Positions 50,401-62,611 of a stretch of DNA of 64,000 nucleotides are shown piece after piece. The position numbers were made by a program, and so were the translations under genes. The notes beneath the pieces are model-generated. The model had not been told where the DNA came from and did no database searches. It saw only the letters and a program-made list of their open reading frames with translations. Each line of letters starts with the position of its first letter. Within the stretch, counting starts at the first letter, position 1. Origin of the DNA: Azolla caroliniana (Eukaryota > Plantae > Polypodiophyta); contig JBHGNT010000008.1 of assembly GCA_043228905.1 (NCBI GenBank), forward strand, positions 17,422,001 to 17,486,000, read 5' to 3'.

Positions 50401-53400
50401 TGAGCTATTGGAACAGGAATTGGCTTCAAGTTCCATGGCACATGGGGTATTGTAAAGATAACCATTGGTTCCACAAGCGTTGGGTCAACACATCTGATTT
50501 CTTGTGGGGAAACGGCAAATGCTTTCCCGTGTTGCTCCAACATTTCCTGGAACTTGGACTCTTCTTTGGGAAGCAGAAACTCACCCCCACCAACTTTGAA
50601 CTTTCGTTGAGTTTCGTCGGTGAAGACATGCCCTACTCCTTTCAGGTCTCTAAGGCACGGATCTCATGCTACCTCCTTTATTCGCTGCCAACTGTCTTCA
50701 AGCAAGGGAGCAGCCACAAGTTTGACCTTCTTATCCATAGTCTTGTATTTGGTATTAACTTCGACTTCATCCGTTGCGACACCTTGTTCGTATTTGTCGA
50801 TGGTGGTGTATAAGGCGATAGAGTTTATTGGAATTATTTTGTTGACTTGCACTTTCGATTTGATGACTTTCTCCATTTCCCCAAGAGTATCATCAAATGA
50901 TATCATCTCCATGTACCCCTTTATTGCCTCTTCCTTGCTTATAATCCCGATTTCTCTAAATTGTTCCTCTAGGATTCCTATTTTAATATCTCCTCTATTT
51001 ATGTTGTTAAATTTACACATCCCATTTTCAAAAAACAAGACTTCATTTTCATTAATGGGGTGACAACTTTTATTACACTGAATTGGGGACATAGTTAGAT
51101 GTCCCAGACTACTGTTGTCCCTCTCCCTAATAGCCCGAATTAAAAATCCTCCCTAACTTCTTTCCCTAAGCTATGCCTATTTCTTTCATGGTTCGGTCGT
51201 ACCGTGAGGAATTGAACCGAGCTTGTCCCATCTTGACTTCGTATCCGTGCATATGTTGAACCATTATCAAGTACCTTTGTCTCCATTCGGGATGCTGTTA
51301 TGTAAGGCTCGCCAAGGATGACAGGATGTGACGCTGATTCTTGTACAAAAGACTGTTGATCATGCTCAACGTCACCAATAGTTACCTTAACGTTAGGGCA
51401 TGCCCCATGACGCTCTTCCGTCACCCTAGTTGCCGCTCGAATCTTCCACCCATGCCTAGTATTAATGGGCCAGCAACCCTTTCGATAGAAGTCAAGAGAC
51501 ATGAGGTTGATCTCCGAGCCATGATCAATGAGCGCCACCACTGAATCTTTCAAATCTCCCGTCCGCACCGGTGTCTTGGTAGTAGCCTTAGCCCAATGTG
51601 GCCTTGCAAAATGGCTATCGACAAATTCTTGTTAAGTTTCAAGACCTTCCGTTGTGATAGCGCTCATTGAGACATTTGCCGATCTAGTCCCTTCTTCACT
51701 TGTCGTTAGTCTCTTCCTTTTTATTAAGTCAATGATGACATCATGAAATTCTTTCTTTGCAATTCCTAAGTCCTCTCATAGTGTGAACTCGATTCAGCTA
51801 TCTAGGATTCTTTCTTCCATCACATGTTTAAGGTCGGTGGATTTCTCTATCTTCGAGCGTAGTTTGAATGTTGGTCCGATTCTTTCCTTCCCTCTTTCGG
51901 TTATCGTTTGAGGACGTGATGATTCCTCCCTTCTTCGAACAGCTTCTCTTGTGTCATGTTTCTTTGAAGGGCCTGATCAGTCATCTGGTCTTTTTCGTTT
52001 CTCTTCAACTAATACGTCGTAGTTTTGACACATGGCCTCGACAAAGCTAGACTTCTCCTTCACAGGGTCCTCCCATCCCATCATTTCTTGGACTCTTCGT
52101 TCTGCTTTGAGTGCCTCATTCATGCAGAGCTTCCCTTTTCCGACTTGATTCAATATGATTGGCCAAAATTCTCCTACTTGAGATTCTTGGGCTCTCGTCT
52201 CGTGTCCAGCCTGAATTCCAGCTGATGAGGAATAGTAAATACTATTCCCTTTGTTTTCTTCCATTTCCTCCATCAACTTCTTCATACCTCCTCGGCCGAA
52301 GTTGGTGTTAAGAGGACGTTGTGTCACCGAGGAGTGAATCCGATTGTTGGAGAGATAAATGATATCTCGTCGGAGGGCATTTTGGAATTCTGAGCAATCT
52401 CTCCACTAGTGTTCCAAGGAGTCACACCAAATACACCTACGGGGAAAGTCCAAGCGATGACCTGGAAAAATTTGTGTTTCCTCCTTTCTAATTTGAGAAA
52501 TTCTCATCTCTCGAAGCATATCTACAAGCTCGTCCATTCTTGCTCCATCTATGGGTTGAGCCATTTCATCATCCCTCGGTCTTTGGGCTTGTGGTTCTTG
52601 TCTCACGTTGTGAGCTTGCCGGCCAATTTTAGCTACAACATTCGATCTTGTCTCGTTGTCCCATTGTCAACGCTTATCAAAACGTCCACATGCTCTCTTC
52701 ACTGCTGCCCAGTCAGAAATGAGGTCTTCATCATTCTCTAATAGTAGCCCAAGATCTCTTCGATCTTTCTCATCTACTGATTTGATAAATAGGAGCACCT
52801 TGCTGGAATCAAGAATCGTTTTGTCAAGTGCAAGCAGACGATCAAATCTTTGCTCGAACTCGTGGAGCATTGCACTCGCACTCAACTCTTTGTTAGAAGA
52901 CTCCACCTAGTCCATTAAATCTTTCTTCGTCATTTGAGATGAGTCACCAAACCCATATTCTTCAAGTAAACTTTGTTCAAAAGATGACCATTCAGGATTG
53001 GCCTCTTGTAGCTCTAGGACCCGAGAGTAAAGACTTGAATTTACAATCCTTGAGAAGCTTGCTACTTGTCTTGCCATAGAAATACCCTTTTTCCGCATTT
53101 CTGTTTTGTAGGTGTCAAGGTATCGTGTCACATCTCTACCATCAAAGCATCCGTTGGCATCCACAATCCTATCGATGGCAACGTCAAGGCGTGCGACGTT
53201 GTCTCTCTCTTGAAGCATTTGGTCCATCATCCTCGCCATTGCTTGTGCTAGACTATCATTAGAGTCTCTAGCACTTGAAGTTTCGGGCATCCTCCCTTGC
53301 CGTTCTTCACGTCGGGTTCACCAATTAATGTCGCAAAAATCCGCGCCTGCGGGTCAGTCGAACCAGACCACCAGGGTCTTTGATCAAGGAGGATGGATCG

Positions 53401-53487
53401 GGTGACTTGTGCTTCTAAAGAGTCGACCGTTGTTTAGGTTTACAATCAGGTCGTTCTTGTTGTCAAAGATGCTTGTCTGGGTTGTCT

Positions 53488-53526
<39 letters not shown>

Positions 53527-54067
53527 AAGTGATTGTGAAAATATTTACCGCACCACAAAGAGGTCGTGAAGCACGCTACACATGTGCCAAACGTTGCGAT
53601 GTGCGCGTTACACGTGCGCAGACAAACACCGGCCTCTATCTGCAAGTGGTGATGGAGGAGCGAAAGGATCATTGAAGACAATGGAATGGTGGAAGGATTA
53701 GCGCTTGCGAGAAGTATTAAAGATAGATATGGACGAGAATCCCAACTCCCGATTTAAATTTTTGACTTCAAAGTTGAGATACAAGACACGTTGCCAATGA
53801 GATAACTAGGATTTATTAATTATTATTGATTGCATACATTGCTTGCTTTCCTTTCCCTTCCTCTCCTTCTTATATTTATGCCCCCATGCATATGTGCATG
53901 TGAGGGTGTAGTACATGCACACAATGCATGATATGCATGTGATGCATGAGCACCAAATGGCAATCATGCATCACATGCAATGCATGATGACCATGTACCT
54001 CATCCAAGTTCTCATGTACTAGTAGTTCGTGTGAAAAGTAAATGAAAAAAACAAGTTTTAAAGGAAA

Positions 54068-54133
54068 TAACCAAGTCTAATGGTATGTCAATTGCCTCCT
54101 ATCTTAGAGGTGTAAGGTTCAAACCTTTACTTG
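54068..54133 (+). other. tRNA-like A-box/B-box module in 5' LTR U3
   Basis: AAGTCTAATGGTA ... GAGGTGTAAGGTTCAAACCTT. Confidence 0.6.
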
Positions 54134-54452
54134 TACCTCATTGTATGCGTTAGGCTTATTATATATATATATATATATGTGTAATGAACACCTAAACACA
54201 CATTACACGTGCACATTCATGTGTTTAACAAACACATCTAACCATCACTCCTTTCATACGTGTGCATATTGCATCTTCTTGATTTCCCTCGTTCCACAGG
54301 ATTTTCACACTGTTGCCGAAAATCTTCACGACAACGGTTCACTTTGGTCACCACATATGGAAATGATGACACTTTAAACATCAAGAACATGTTCCAAAAA
54401 ATGAAAATACAAAAGATCCAAAGAATAAAGGGTAACATGAAACACAACAATT

Positions 54453-55570
54453 CAGTGTTGCCTTTTGACGGCCGTTCTAAACGTTTTTGGCAAATTTAAC
54501 CGTATATGAAGGTTAATTTTAAAATGAAACCGTCAATCTTGACGGGCATATATTTTATAAAAACGCAAAAATGAAGGTTTAAATTTTGTTGATACCGTCA
54601 AATTTTGCTAAGGCCAAAACAATAGTACATGTATTAGTAGTTAGAAATTACAATTCATAGGCCATAACATATAGTTTTATTTAAGAAAAAGTAAATGTGT
54701 AAAACATATGTTATATGATATGATAAAAGAAAAGGAAAATAAACTTACGGTTTCTCCTATTTTCAGGCCATTCCGCTCTTTTGTTTGTTTGTTTCTTTCT
54801 TTATATCTTTCTTTCTTTCTCTCTCTTTCTCTGTCCATTTGCTTTGACTTCTTTTTTTATTTCTCTCTCACTTTCTCCCTTGCTTTGATCACGTTGTAAT
54901 TCTTTCTCAAGCTCTTTGTGTTGATCAAATTGTACTTTGTTCTTTCTTTCTTTCCCATCCTCTCTCTCACTCACAAGTTATAATTGATCATTGATGGAAC
55001 ACATCCATAACTTTGCAACTCTCACACACAAGTTATAATTTATCATTGATGTCAATGCATGTCTTCAATTTTTACATGATGTAAAGGCTTGTGAAATGGA
55101 ACTCTATAGGTTTGTTGACACTTTACGTTTTAATTGTGAAGCCTATACTATGTATGAAGCTTGGCGTATGTTTTGCAAAATGAAGGATTGGCAAGATAGT
55201 TTCCCTCATTTGATGAAATTATGGCACACTACTTTGGTTATTCCATCTAGCACAATTTCGTGTGACAGAGGGTTCTCTAAGCAAAATCTCATCAAAGAGA
55301 TGAAAAGAAACCGATTGAATATAGAACATTTAGATGATTTAATGTGAGTCTCATTGAATGGGCCACACATTGAAGAAATAGAATGGGATTGTGTATATGA
55401 AATTAGGAAAGATGCAAAGGATAGAAGGGTATAATATATTGTTTAGTACGAATATTCAACGTATTTACTTTTTGAAGGGCAATTTTTTCGACAAACCATT
55501 ATTTGACGGGCAAATTTTTTGGAATACCGTTCTCATGATAGGCAATGTTGGCAGTCAAAAGGCAACAATG
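54453..55570 (+). mobile_element. non-autonomous hAT DNA transposon (1.1 kb) with a transposase dimerisation-domain remnant
   Basis: 20-bp TIR CAGTGTTGCCTTTTGACGGC / GCAGTCAAAAGGCAACAATG; 8-bp TSD CAACAATT (54445-54452, 55571-55578); subterminal TGACGG motifs; IPSST..CDRGFS..NLIK..RNRL at 55096-55347. Confidence 0.92.
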
Positions 55571-56503
55571 CAACAATTGATCAATGACAATGAGTGCAAT
55601 AATAAGATTTCAAAAATCCAACTTCAAAAGTTTCAAAGTTTCCAAGTTCATACAAACCAAACGAACCATCAAACCAAGGAGAAATGAATGTCTCCACAAT
55701 CATATGTAGATATTGCAACAAACCGGGACACATGGAAAGAGAATGTCATCAAAAGCAATATGACCAAAGAAAGAAAGGTATAAAGTTCAATGCCCAAGCA
55801 CATTCTACATCAATATCTAATGAAGGTGAAGACACATCTTTCATACAAGCATTCATGTCAGAAGTACAAACAAACAAATTTTAATTGAAAGGTTATGGTA
55901 CTTTGGTCAAAAAAAACATATTTGAGCACGTCATCATTTTATCACAAACTTGGTCGAAGCAAAAGAGATGTCACTCCAATACACTTCAACCACAACCATG
56001 TGGGCTGATTTTGTCACTAAACCCGTACCCAACACAAGCATTGGATATGTTGTTCCAAGATATGACTCAAATATGAGAAACCAAACAAATAGGTTCTTAC
56101 ATTAAAGGGGTGTTACAATAGTAAATATTAGAAATAATAAATGTATCATAAATAAATAAAATGAGAATAAATAATGTAACCTATTCTTGTGCCTCTTGTT
56201 CATAATGACGGTTACAACACATTCATGTGAGATTTGCTCACAATGAACATTCCCATTACAAACTTCCCTATGATCTCTTCTGCCTATAAAATGTAACACC
56301 TACCATGATCATAATGTTATATCTATTTTATATAATTTTTATACTTGGTTAGATAGTACTTTAAATTCATAGAAATACAATACAATGCATATAGACGTCA
56401 TCATACCTATAAGTATTGCTTTAGCGGCCCATGCTACTTCTACAAATTTAGCTTCAATTGTAGATGAGAGTGTTAAGAATTCTAGTATTTGTATTGCCAT
56501 GAG

Positions 56504-56656
56504 TGTTACGGGCATGACCATATAATATTCCGTGGTGAGAATTTACTGTAGTATTCTATACATGTGGATAACTATGAGGCTTAAATGAGAGTGTAAAGAA
56601 GGGGAGGATTACTTTTAATCCTCAGGAGTGAGACAACCCATTAGGCCACGTGTGAA
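56504..56656 (+). mobile_element. truncated LTR of the 13163-13620 family
   Basis: Aligns with the first about 150 bp of 13163-13620, then switches to chromovirus gag. Confidence 0.8.
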
Positions 56657-56710
56657 TAAAGACGAACTTGATTCAAAAAGCCTCGAAATAAAGACCTCGT
56701 ACCATCAAAC

Positions 56711-59700
56711 TGTTGGTATTTTCGGTCCCTCCGGATGGGATGTCCGGAGATGAATGACGGCAAGCCCGGTTGCGGTTACGGAACCGAAGGATGAAGAGTA
56801 CCCGGCTACGGAGTCGGATGATGTAGACCCCGGCTACGGAGCCGGATGATGAAGACCCCGGCTACGGAGCCGGATGATGAAGACCCCGGCTACGGAGCCG
56901 GATGATGAAGACCCGGCTACGGAGCCGGATGATGAATGTACCCGGAGAGAGATCCGGATGCGGGGACATATTTGTGAATATGTTTTGCCAAGGGCCCTGG
57001 AGGCTATATTTGTAAATAGCCCTAAAGTCATATGTGTATAAATATGACTTAGGGCAAACAGTTTTATGTCGCTACTCATTTTTCTGTTTTTCCACTCTAG
57101 AGGAGTGAAGAGAGAGCAGCCGTGAGAGAGATAGAGCGTGAGAGAGGAAGAGGTCGACGCCTCTGTGTAATACCGCCGCCTGTGGCGAGGACAGCGAGCT
57201 CAAGGTCGTCGCCTTGCAGCTCGCCATTGTATATTTCTCTGTGCATAGTTTTGGTTTGGAGTCTTGCACTCCCGTGGTTTTTCCCGTATAGGGTTTTCCA
57301 CGTTAATCCCTGTGTTATCGTGTCTTTCTCTGTGTTTCCTATTTTCTGCTGCATTGATTCGTGATTTCTCGGTTGTGGCCGAACGGTGAAGGTGAATCGG
57401 AGCGTGGATTTGTAACAAGTGGTATCAGAGCGACGGCAGTGCAGAAAATGGAAGGCGGCAGCAGCGGGCAGCCGGGGATGATGGTGCTGAATGCGCAGAA
57501 CTACGCCGACTGGAAGATCAAGATGGAGGATCTTCTGATTGTTCGGGACCTGTACGAACCGATTGACAGGTCGGAAATACCGAAGGGGGTACTTGAGACG
57601 GAATGGAGGCTTCTGAACCGGAAAGCCGTTGCAACCATTCGGCAATACGTCGACGTGAGCGTTCTACAACATGTGGCGAACGACACCAACGCATACGAGA
57701 TGTGGCGGAAGCTGTCGGGCCTCTACGAGAGGAAGAATGCGTTGAACCGGACCTCCCTGATGAGGAAGATAGTGAACCTCAAGTACCGGGACGGCGAGAG
57801 TATGGTGGAACACGTAAGCACGTTCATGGGATTCGTGAACCAGCTTGCGGCGATCAAGTTCCCGCTGGAGGATGCAATGCAAGCCATCATTCTGATGTGT
57901 ACATTGCCGGAAAGCTGGGAGAACTTGGTGGTGACTCTCAGCACCTCCTGCACCGAAGATAACTTGTCTCTACAAACGGTAAAGACAAGTATCTTGAACG
58001 AAGAAGCGCGTCGGAGAGATAAAGAACCGGCCTCCGACTCGAAGGCGCTGCTTACCGAATCGGAACGGGGAAGACAATGGAACCGGAGTCCGCAAAGACG
58101 GGAGAAGTCGGGGACCCGGTCGCAGTCAAGAGGAAGACCCACATGCTTCCACTGTGGGAAGCCGGGGCACTTCCGGAAGAATTGTCGGCATTACCGAAAG
58201 GACAACGGAGCCGACGACACCGATTCGAAGAAATCACCGGAGAGAAACGGTGCATACCGGGGAGCCACGGACCGGAGAGGTCCGGATCGGCGAGGGCAGG
58301 ACCGGAAAGGAATGACGGCACTCGCGGCAAGTGAAGAAGAGATAATGCTCATTACCGAAGAGAGGGAGCTGAACGTTGCCGGTGAAGAGATGACCTGGGT
58401 GGTCGATTCCGGAGCGTCGTTCCACCTGACCCCGGAGAAGAAATACTTCTCATCCTACACAGCCGGTGAGCACGGCTGTGTCCGGATGGGAAATGAAGGT
58501 ACATGCCGGATTGCCGGCATAGGAGACGTGTGGCTGATGACATCAACCGGATGCAAGATGCTGTTGAAGGATGTCCGACACGTTCCGGAGGTTCGATTGA
58601 ACCTGATTTCGGCCGGGAGGCTAGACGATGAAGGCTACACGGGTAGCATCCGGAACGGTGTCATGAAGTTCAGCAAGGGGAGCCTGATAGTGGCTCGGGC
58701 CCGGAAAGTCAACACACTGTACCTGATGAATGCCCAGTTGTGTCCGGAAGAGTTGAACGTGGCAGCCGACACTGCCGGTGAGCTGTGGCACAAGAGGCTG
58801 TGCCACATGAGTGAGAAGGGGATGAAGAGGCTCGCAGAAGACAACCTTATTCCAGTGAAGCATGTGCACCTGGAGAAGTGCACCGATTGCCTGGCCGGTA
58901 AGCAGAACCGAACCTCTTTCCACTCAAGGCCACCGACGAGACGTAGTGTACCATTGGAGTTGGTACACACTGATGTGTGTCAGGTAGAAACGAAGTCACA
59001 TGGCGGAGCCCAGTACTTCGTAACATTCATTGATGATCACAGCCGGAAGCTGTGGACGGCACCGTTGAAGACAAAGGACCAAGTGTTGTGCGTCTTCAAA
59101 GAACTCCACGCGAGAGTGGAAAGGGAATCCGGCAAGAAGCTGAAAGCGATACGAGCGGATAACGGAGGGGAATACCGGGGGCAGTTCGCGGAGTACTGTC
59201 GCTCGAAGGGAATCCGGCTCGAGTTTACTGTGCCGAAGACGCCGGAACTGAACGGGCTGGCCGAGAGGATGAACCGGACCATAATGGAGAGGGTCCGGAG
59301 TATGCTGGCGCATGCGGAATTACCCAAGGGGTTTTGGGCTGAGGCAATGTCGACGGCGACATACGTGATAAACAGATCACCCTCAGTACCTTTGGACGGA
59401 GACACGCCGCAGAGAGTGTGGACCGGTAGGGAAGTATCCTACCGGCATCTGAAGGTGTTCGGGTGTCTCGCATACGTGCATGTGGCAAAGGACCGGAGAG
59501 GAAAGTTAGATCCAAAGACCCGGCCATGCATATTCCTCGGTTACGGCGACGACGAGTTCGGCTACCGAGTATGGGACCCGGTCGACAAGAAGATATTCAG
59601 GAGTCGAGATATCATCTTCATGGAGGACAAGACACTCGCCGACTGGGAGTCGGAGAAGAAGATGAAGAGCTCAAAGTCGACCGGTGAGAATCAACTCTAC

Positions 59701-62261
59701 GAAGAGCAGTCCCGACCGGCAAGGGACCGGTTAGCACTCGAGGATCCGGCCGAAGACGGTGAAGAAACAGAACCGGCCGAGGAAGATGAAACTGATACCG
59801 GAACCGGCCCCGATCCCGAAATGGATTCGGATGAAGAGGAAACGGAGGAGCCGGTTACCGAAGCCCCGGAACGGAGATATCCTCTAAGAGAGAGAAGGGC
59901 CCCCTGGAGATTTCCGGAACCAGAGCACGTGCTGCTAACCGACGAGGGGGAGCCGGAGAATTTTGAAGAAGCAGAGATTGACACACATAGCCGCAGGTGG
60001 TTAAGTGCCATGCAGGAGGAGATGGATTCCCTGCATGAGAACCACACATATGAACTTGTGGAGTTGCCGAAAGGAAAGCGGGCACTTCGAAACAAGTGGG
60101 TGTTCAAGCTGAAACCGGGAGATGCCGGAAACCCCCCGAGATACAAAGCCAAGATCGTGGTGAAGGGGTTCCAGCAGAAGAAGGGCGTCGACTTCGACGA
60201 GATATTTGCCCCGGTAGTGAAGATGACCTCCATCCGGACGGTGCTGAGCATAGCGGCAAGCATGGACCTCGAGGTAGAACAGATGGACGTGAAGACGGCA
60301 TTCCTTCACGGTGACCTCGAAGAAGAGATCTACATGCAGCAACCGGAAGGATTCGAGAAGAAAGGAAAGGAGCACCTGGTATGCCGGTTGAAGAAGAGCC
60401 TCTACGGTCTGAAGCAGGCTCCCCGGCAATGGTACCGGAAGTTCGACTCCTTCATGACAGATGAAGGGTACCACAAAACGCAGACCGATCACTGCGTGTT
60501 TGTGAAGAAGTTCGAAGGAGGAGACTTTCTAATACTCCTCCTGTACGTGGAGACATGTTGATCGTCGGACGAGACCAGGTCAAGATACGGATGCTGAAGA
60601 AGGCTCTTCACCGAACCTTCTCAATGAAGGACCTGGGTCCGGCGAGGCAAATACTAGGGATGCACATCATCCGGGACCGGAAGAAGAAGCAGTTGTGGTT
60701 GTCACAGGAGAAGTACGTGACAAAGGTGCTTCACCGGTTCAACATGTCGGAAGCAAGACCGGTCGGGTCAACACTCCCGGCAAACTGCAAGCTGTCCAGG
60801 AAGCAAAGCCCCAAGACAAAGGCTGAGAAGGAGGTCATGATGAAAGTACCATATGCCTCTGCCGTCGGGAGCTTGATGTACGCAATGGTGTGTACCCGAC
60901 CGGACATAGGATATGCAGTCGGAGTGGTGAGCCGGTACATGAGCAATCCCGGCAAAGAGCACTGGAACGCGGTCAAATGGATACTCCGATACCTAAAGGG
61001 CACTTCGAACATGTGCCTCCGATTCGGCTCCGGTAAGCCCGAACTCGATGGATTTACCGATTCGGACATGTCGGCTGATGCGGATACCAGCCGGTCCACA
61101 TCAGGGTATGTGATGACGTATGCAGGGGGAGCTGTTTCGTGGCAGTCGAGGCTGCAGAAGACGGTTGCGTTGTCAACCACGGAGGCGGAGTACATGGCGG
61201 CTGTTGAAGCCGGCAAGGAAATAATATGGATGAAGGAATTCATTAGAGAGCTCGGTATCCGGCAGGAGGAGTACCGGCTCTACTGCGATAGTCAGAGTGC
61301 CATCCACCTTGCGAAGAACGCGGCCCCGGCTCTACTGCGATAGTCAGAGTGCCATCCACCTTGCGAAGAACGCGGCCTACCATTCCCGGACGAAACACAT
61401 CCAGCGTAGATACCACTGGATCCAGGAAAGGATAGAAGACAAGGAGTTCGTGCTGACGAAGATCCACACGAACGAGAACGGGTCGGATATGCTGACCAAG
61501 GTGCTCACACCCGACAAGCTGGAAGCATGCCGGAAGAGGATCGGATTGGAGAGACATCCCATGCCGAAGTGAAGGGGGAGTTTGTTGGGATTTTCGGTCC
61601 CTCCGGATGGGATGTCCGGAGATGAATGACAGCAAGCCCGGTTGCGGTTACGGAACCGGAGGATGAAGAGTACCCGGCTACGGAGTCGGATGATGTAGAC
61701 CCCGGCTACGGAGCCGGATGATGAAGACCCCGGCTACGGAGCCGGATGATGAAGACCCGGCTACGGAGCCGGATGATGAATGTACCCGGAGAGAGATCCG
61801 GATGCGGGGACATATTTGTGAATATGTTTTGCCAAGGGCCCTGGAGGCTATATTTGTAAATAGCCCTAAAGTCATATGTGTATAAATATGACTTAGGGCA
61901 AACAGTTTTATGTTGCTACTCATTTTTCTGTTTTTCCACTCTAGAGGAGTGAAGAGAGAGCAGCCGTGAGAGAGATAGAGCGTGAGAGAGGAAGAGGTCG
62001 ACGCCTCTGTGTAATACCGCCGCCTGTGGCGAGGACAGCGAGCTCAAGGTCGTCGCCTTGCAGCTCGCCATTGTATATTTCTCTGTGCATAGTTTTGGTT
62101 TGGAGTCTTGCACTCCCGTGGTTTTTCCCGTATAGGGTTTTCCACGTTAATCCCTGTGTTATCGTGTCTTTCTCTGTGTTTCCTATTTTCTGCTGCATTG
62201 ATTCGTGATTTCTCGGTTGTGGCCGAACGGTGAAGGTGAATCGGAGCGTGGATTTGTAACA
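56711..62261 (+). mobile_element. young full-length Ty1/copia element (CCGG-rich, family Y relative)
   Basis: LTRs 56711-57417 and 61583-62261 differ by about 4 substitutions and one 28-bp unit; PBS TGGTATCAGAGC 57420-57431; PPT GAAGGGGGAG; perfect TSD CAAAC. Confidence 0.97.
57448..61572 (+). pseudogene. copia gag-pol polyprotein with two frameshifts
   Basis: Over 1000 aa open (CCHC, VDSGAS, INT, RT); 1-bp loss in YVDD near 60551; 52-bp tandem duplication 61274-61377 in RNase H. Confidence 0.92.
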
Positions 62262-62611
62262 CAAACTTGGTAGGGAGGCTGATATTTGGCTCTCTAGGGG
62301 TGTTCTGAGCCCCCGACGCTTGCTCTCGTAATGACAATATAGTCGCTTCAAGTTGATGAACCCGCTGTGATAACTCTTCATATTGTTGAGCTTTTTCGGC
62401 GCTCACGTGTTGTAGATCTCCAAGTAGCCTTTGATTCTCATGCTCGAATGCCACAAATTTATTCGTGAGCATGTCGAGCTCAAAAAGAACACGCATGTAT
62501 TCTTGTTTGCTCACGGACTCCATAGCTTACGAGGGGAGAAGAGAAGGAAGAAGAGAACTTGTTAGGATTTGTGGAAGACGAAGAGATGAAAGGAAAAAAA
62601 TTGGTTCAAAC

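Larger units (their letters stand above)
46659..54333 (-). mobile_element. full-length non-chromovirus Ty3/gypsy element with tRNA-Trp PBS, degenerate
   Basis: LTRs 46659-47586 and 53329-54333; PBS 53307-53323 (-); PPT next to 47587; gag, PR (LIDHGSE), RT (FLDD), RH and INT (GP motif); no chromodomain seen. Confidence 0.93.
45785..56370 (+). mobile_element. old degenerate copia-type element retaining only gag (host of gypsy and hAT insertions)
   Basis: Diverged direct repeats about 45785-46094 and 56111-56370; decayed PBS TAGTATTAGAGC at 46095; PPT AAAGGGG before 56111; gag KLNDKNY and knuckle CRYCNKPGHMEREC. Confidence 0.7.
56657..62523 (-). pseudogene. chromovirus gag N-terminus split by the 56711-62261 copia and then truncated
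   Basis: MESVSK...REPNISLPTKF (62523-62262) continues as DGTRSLFRGFLNQVRL at 56705-56657. Confidence 0.8.

Noticed and set aside
57361-57447. Extended N-terminus of the 1066-aa ORF
   Set aside because: It lies in the LTR and PBS; the ATG at 57448 is the plausible start.
62044-62261. C-terminal half of the 159-aa minus-strand ORF as a novel protein
   Set aside because: Read-through from chromovirus gag into the antisense copia LTR.
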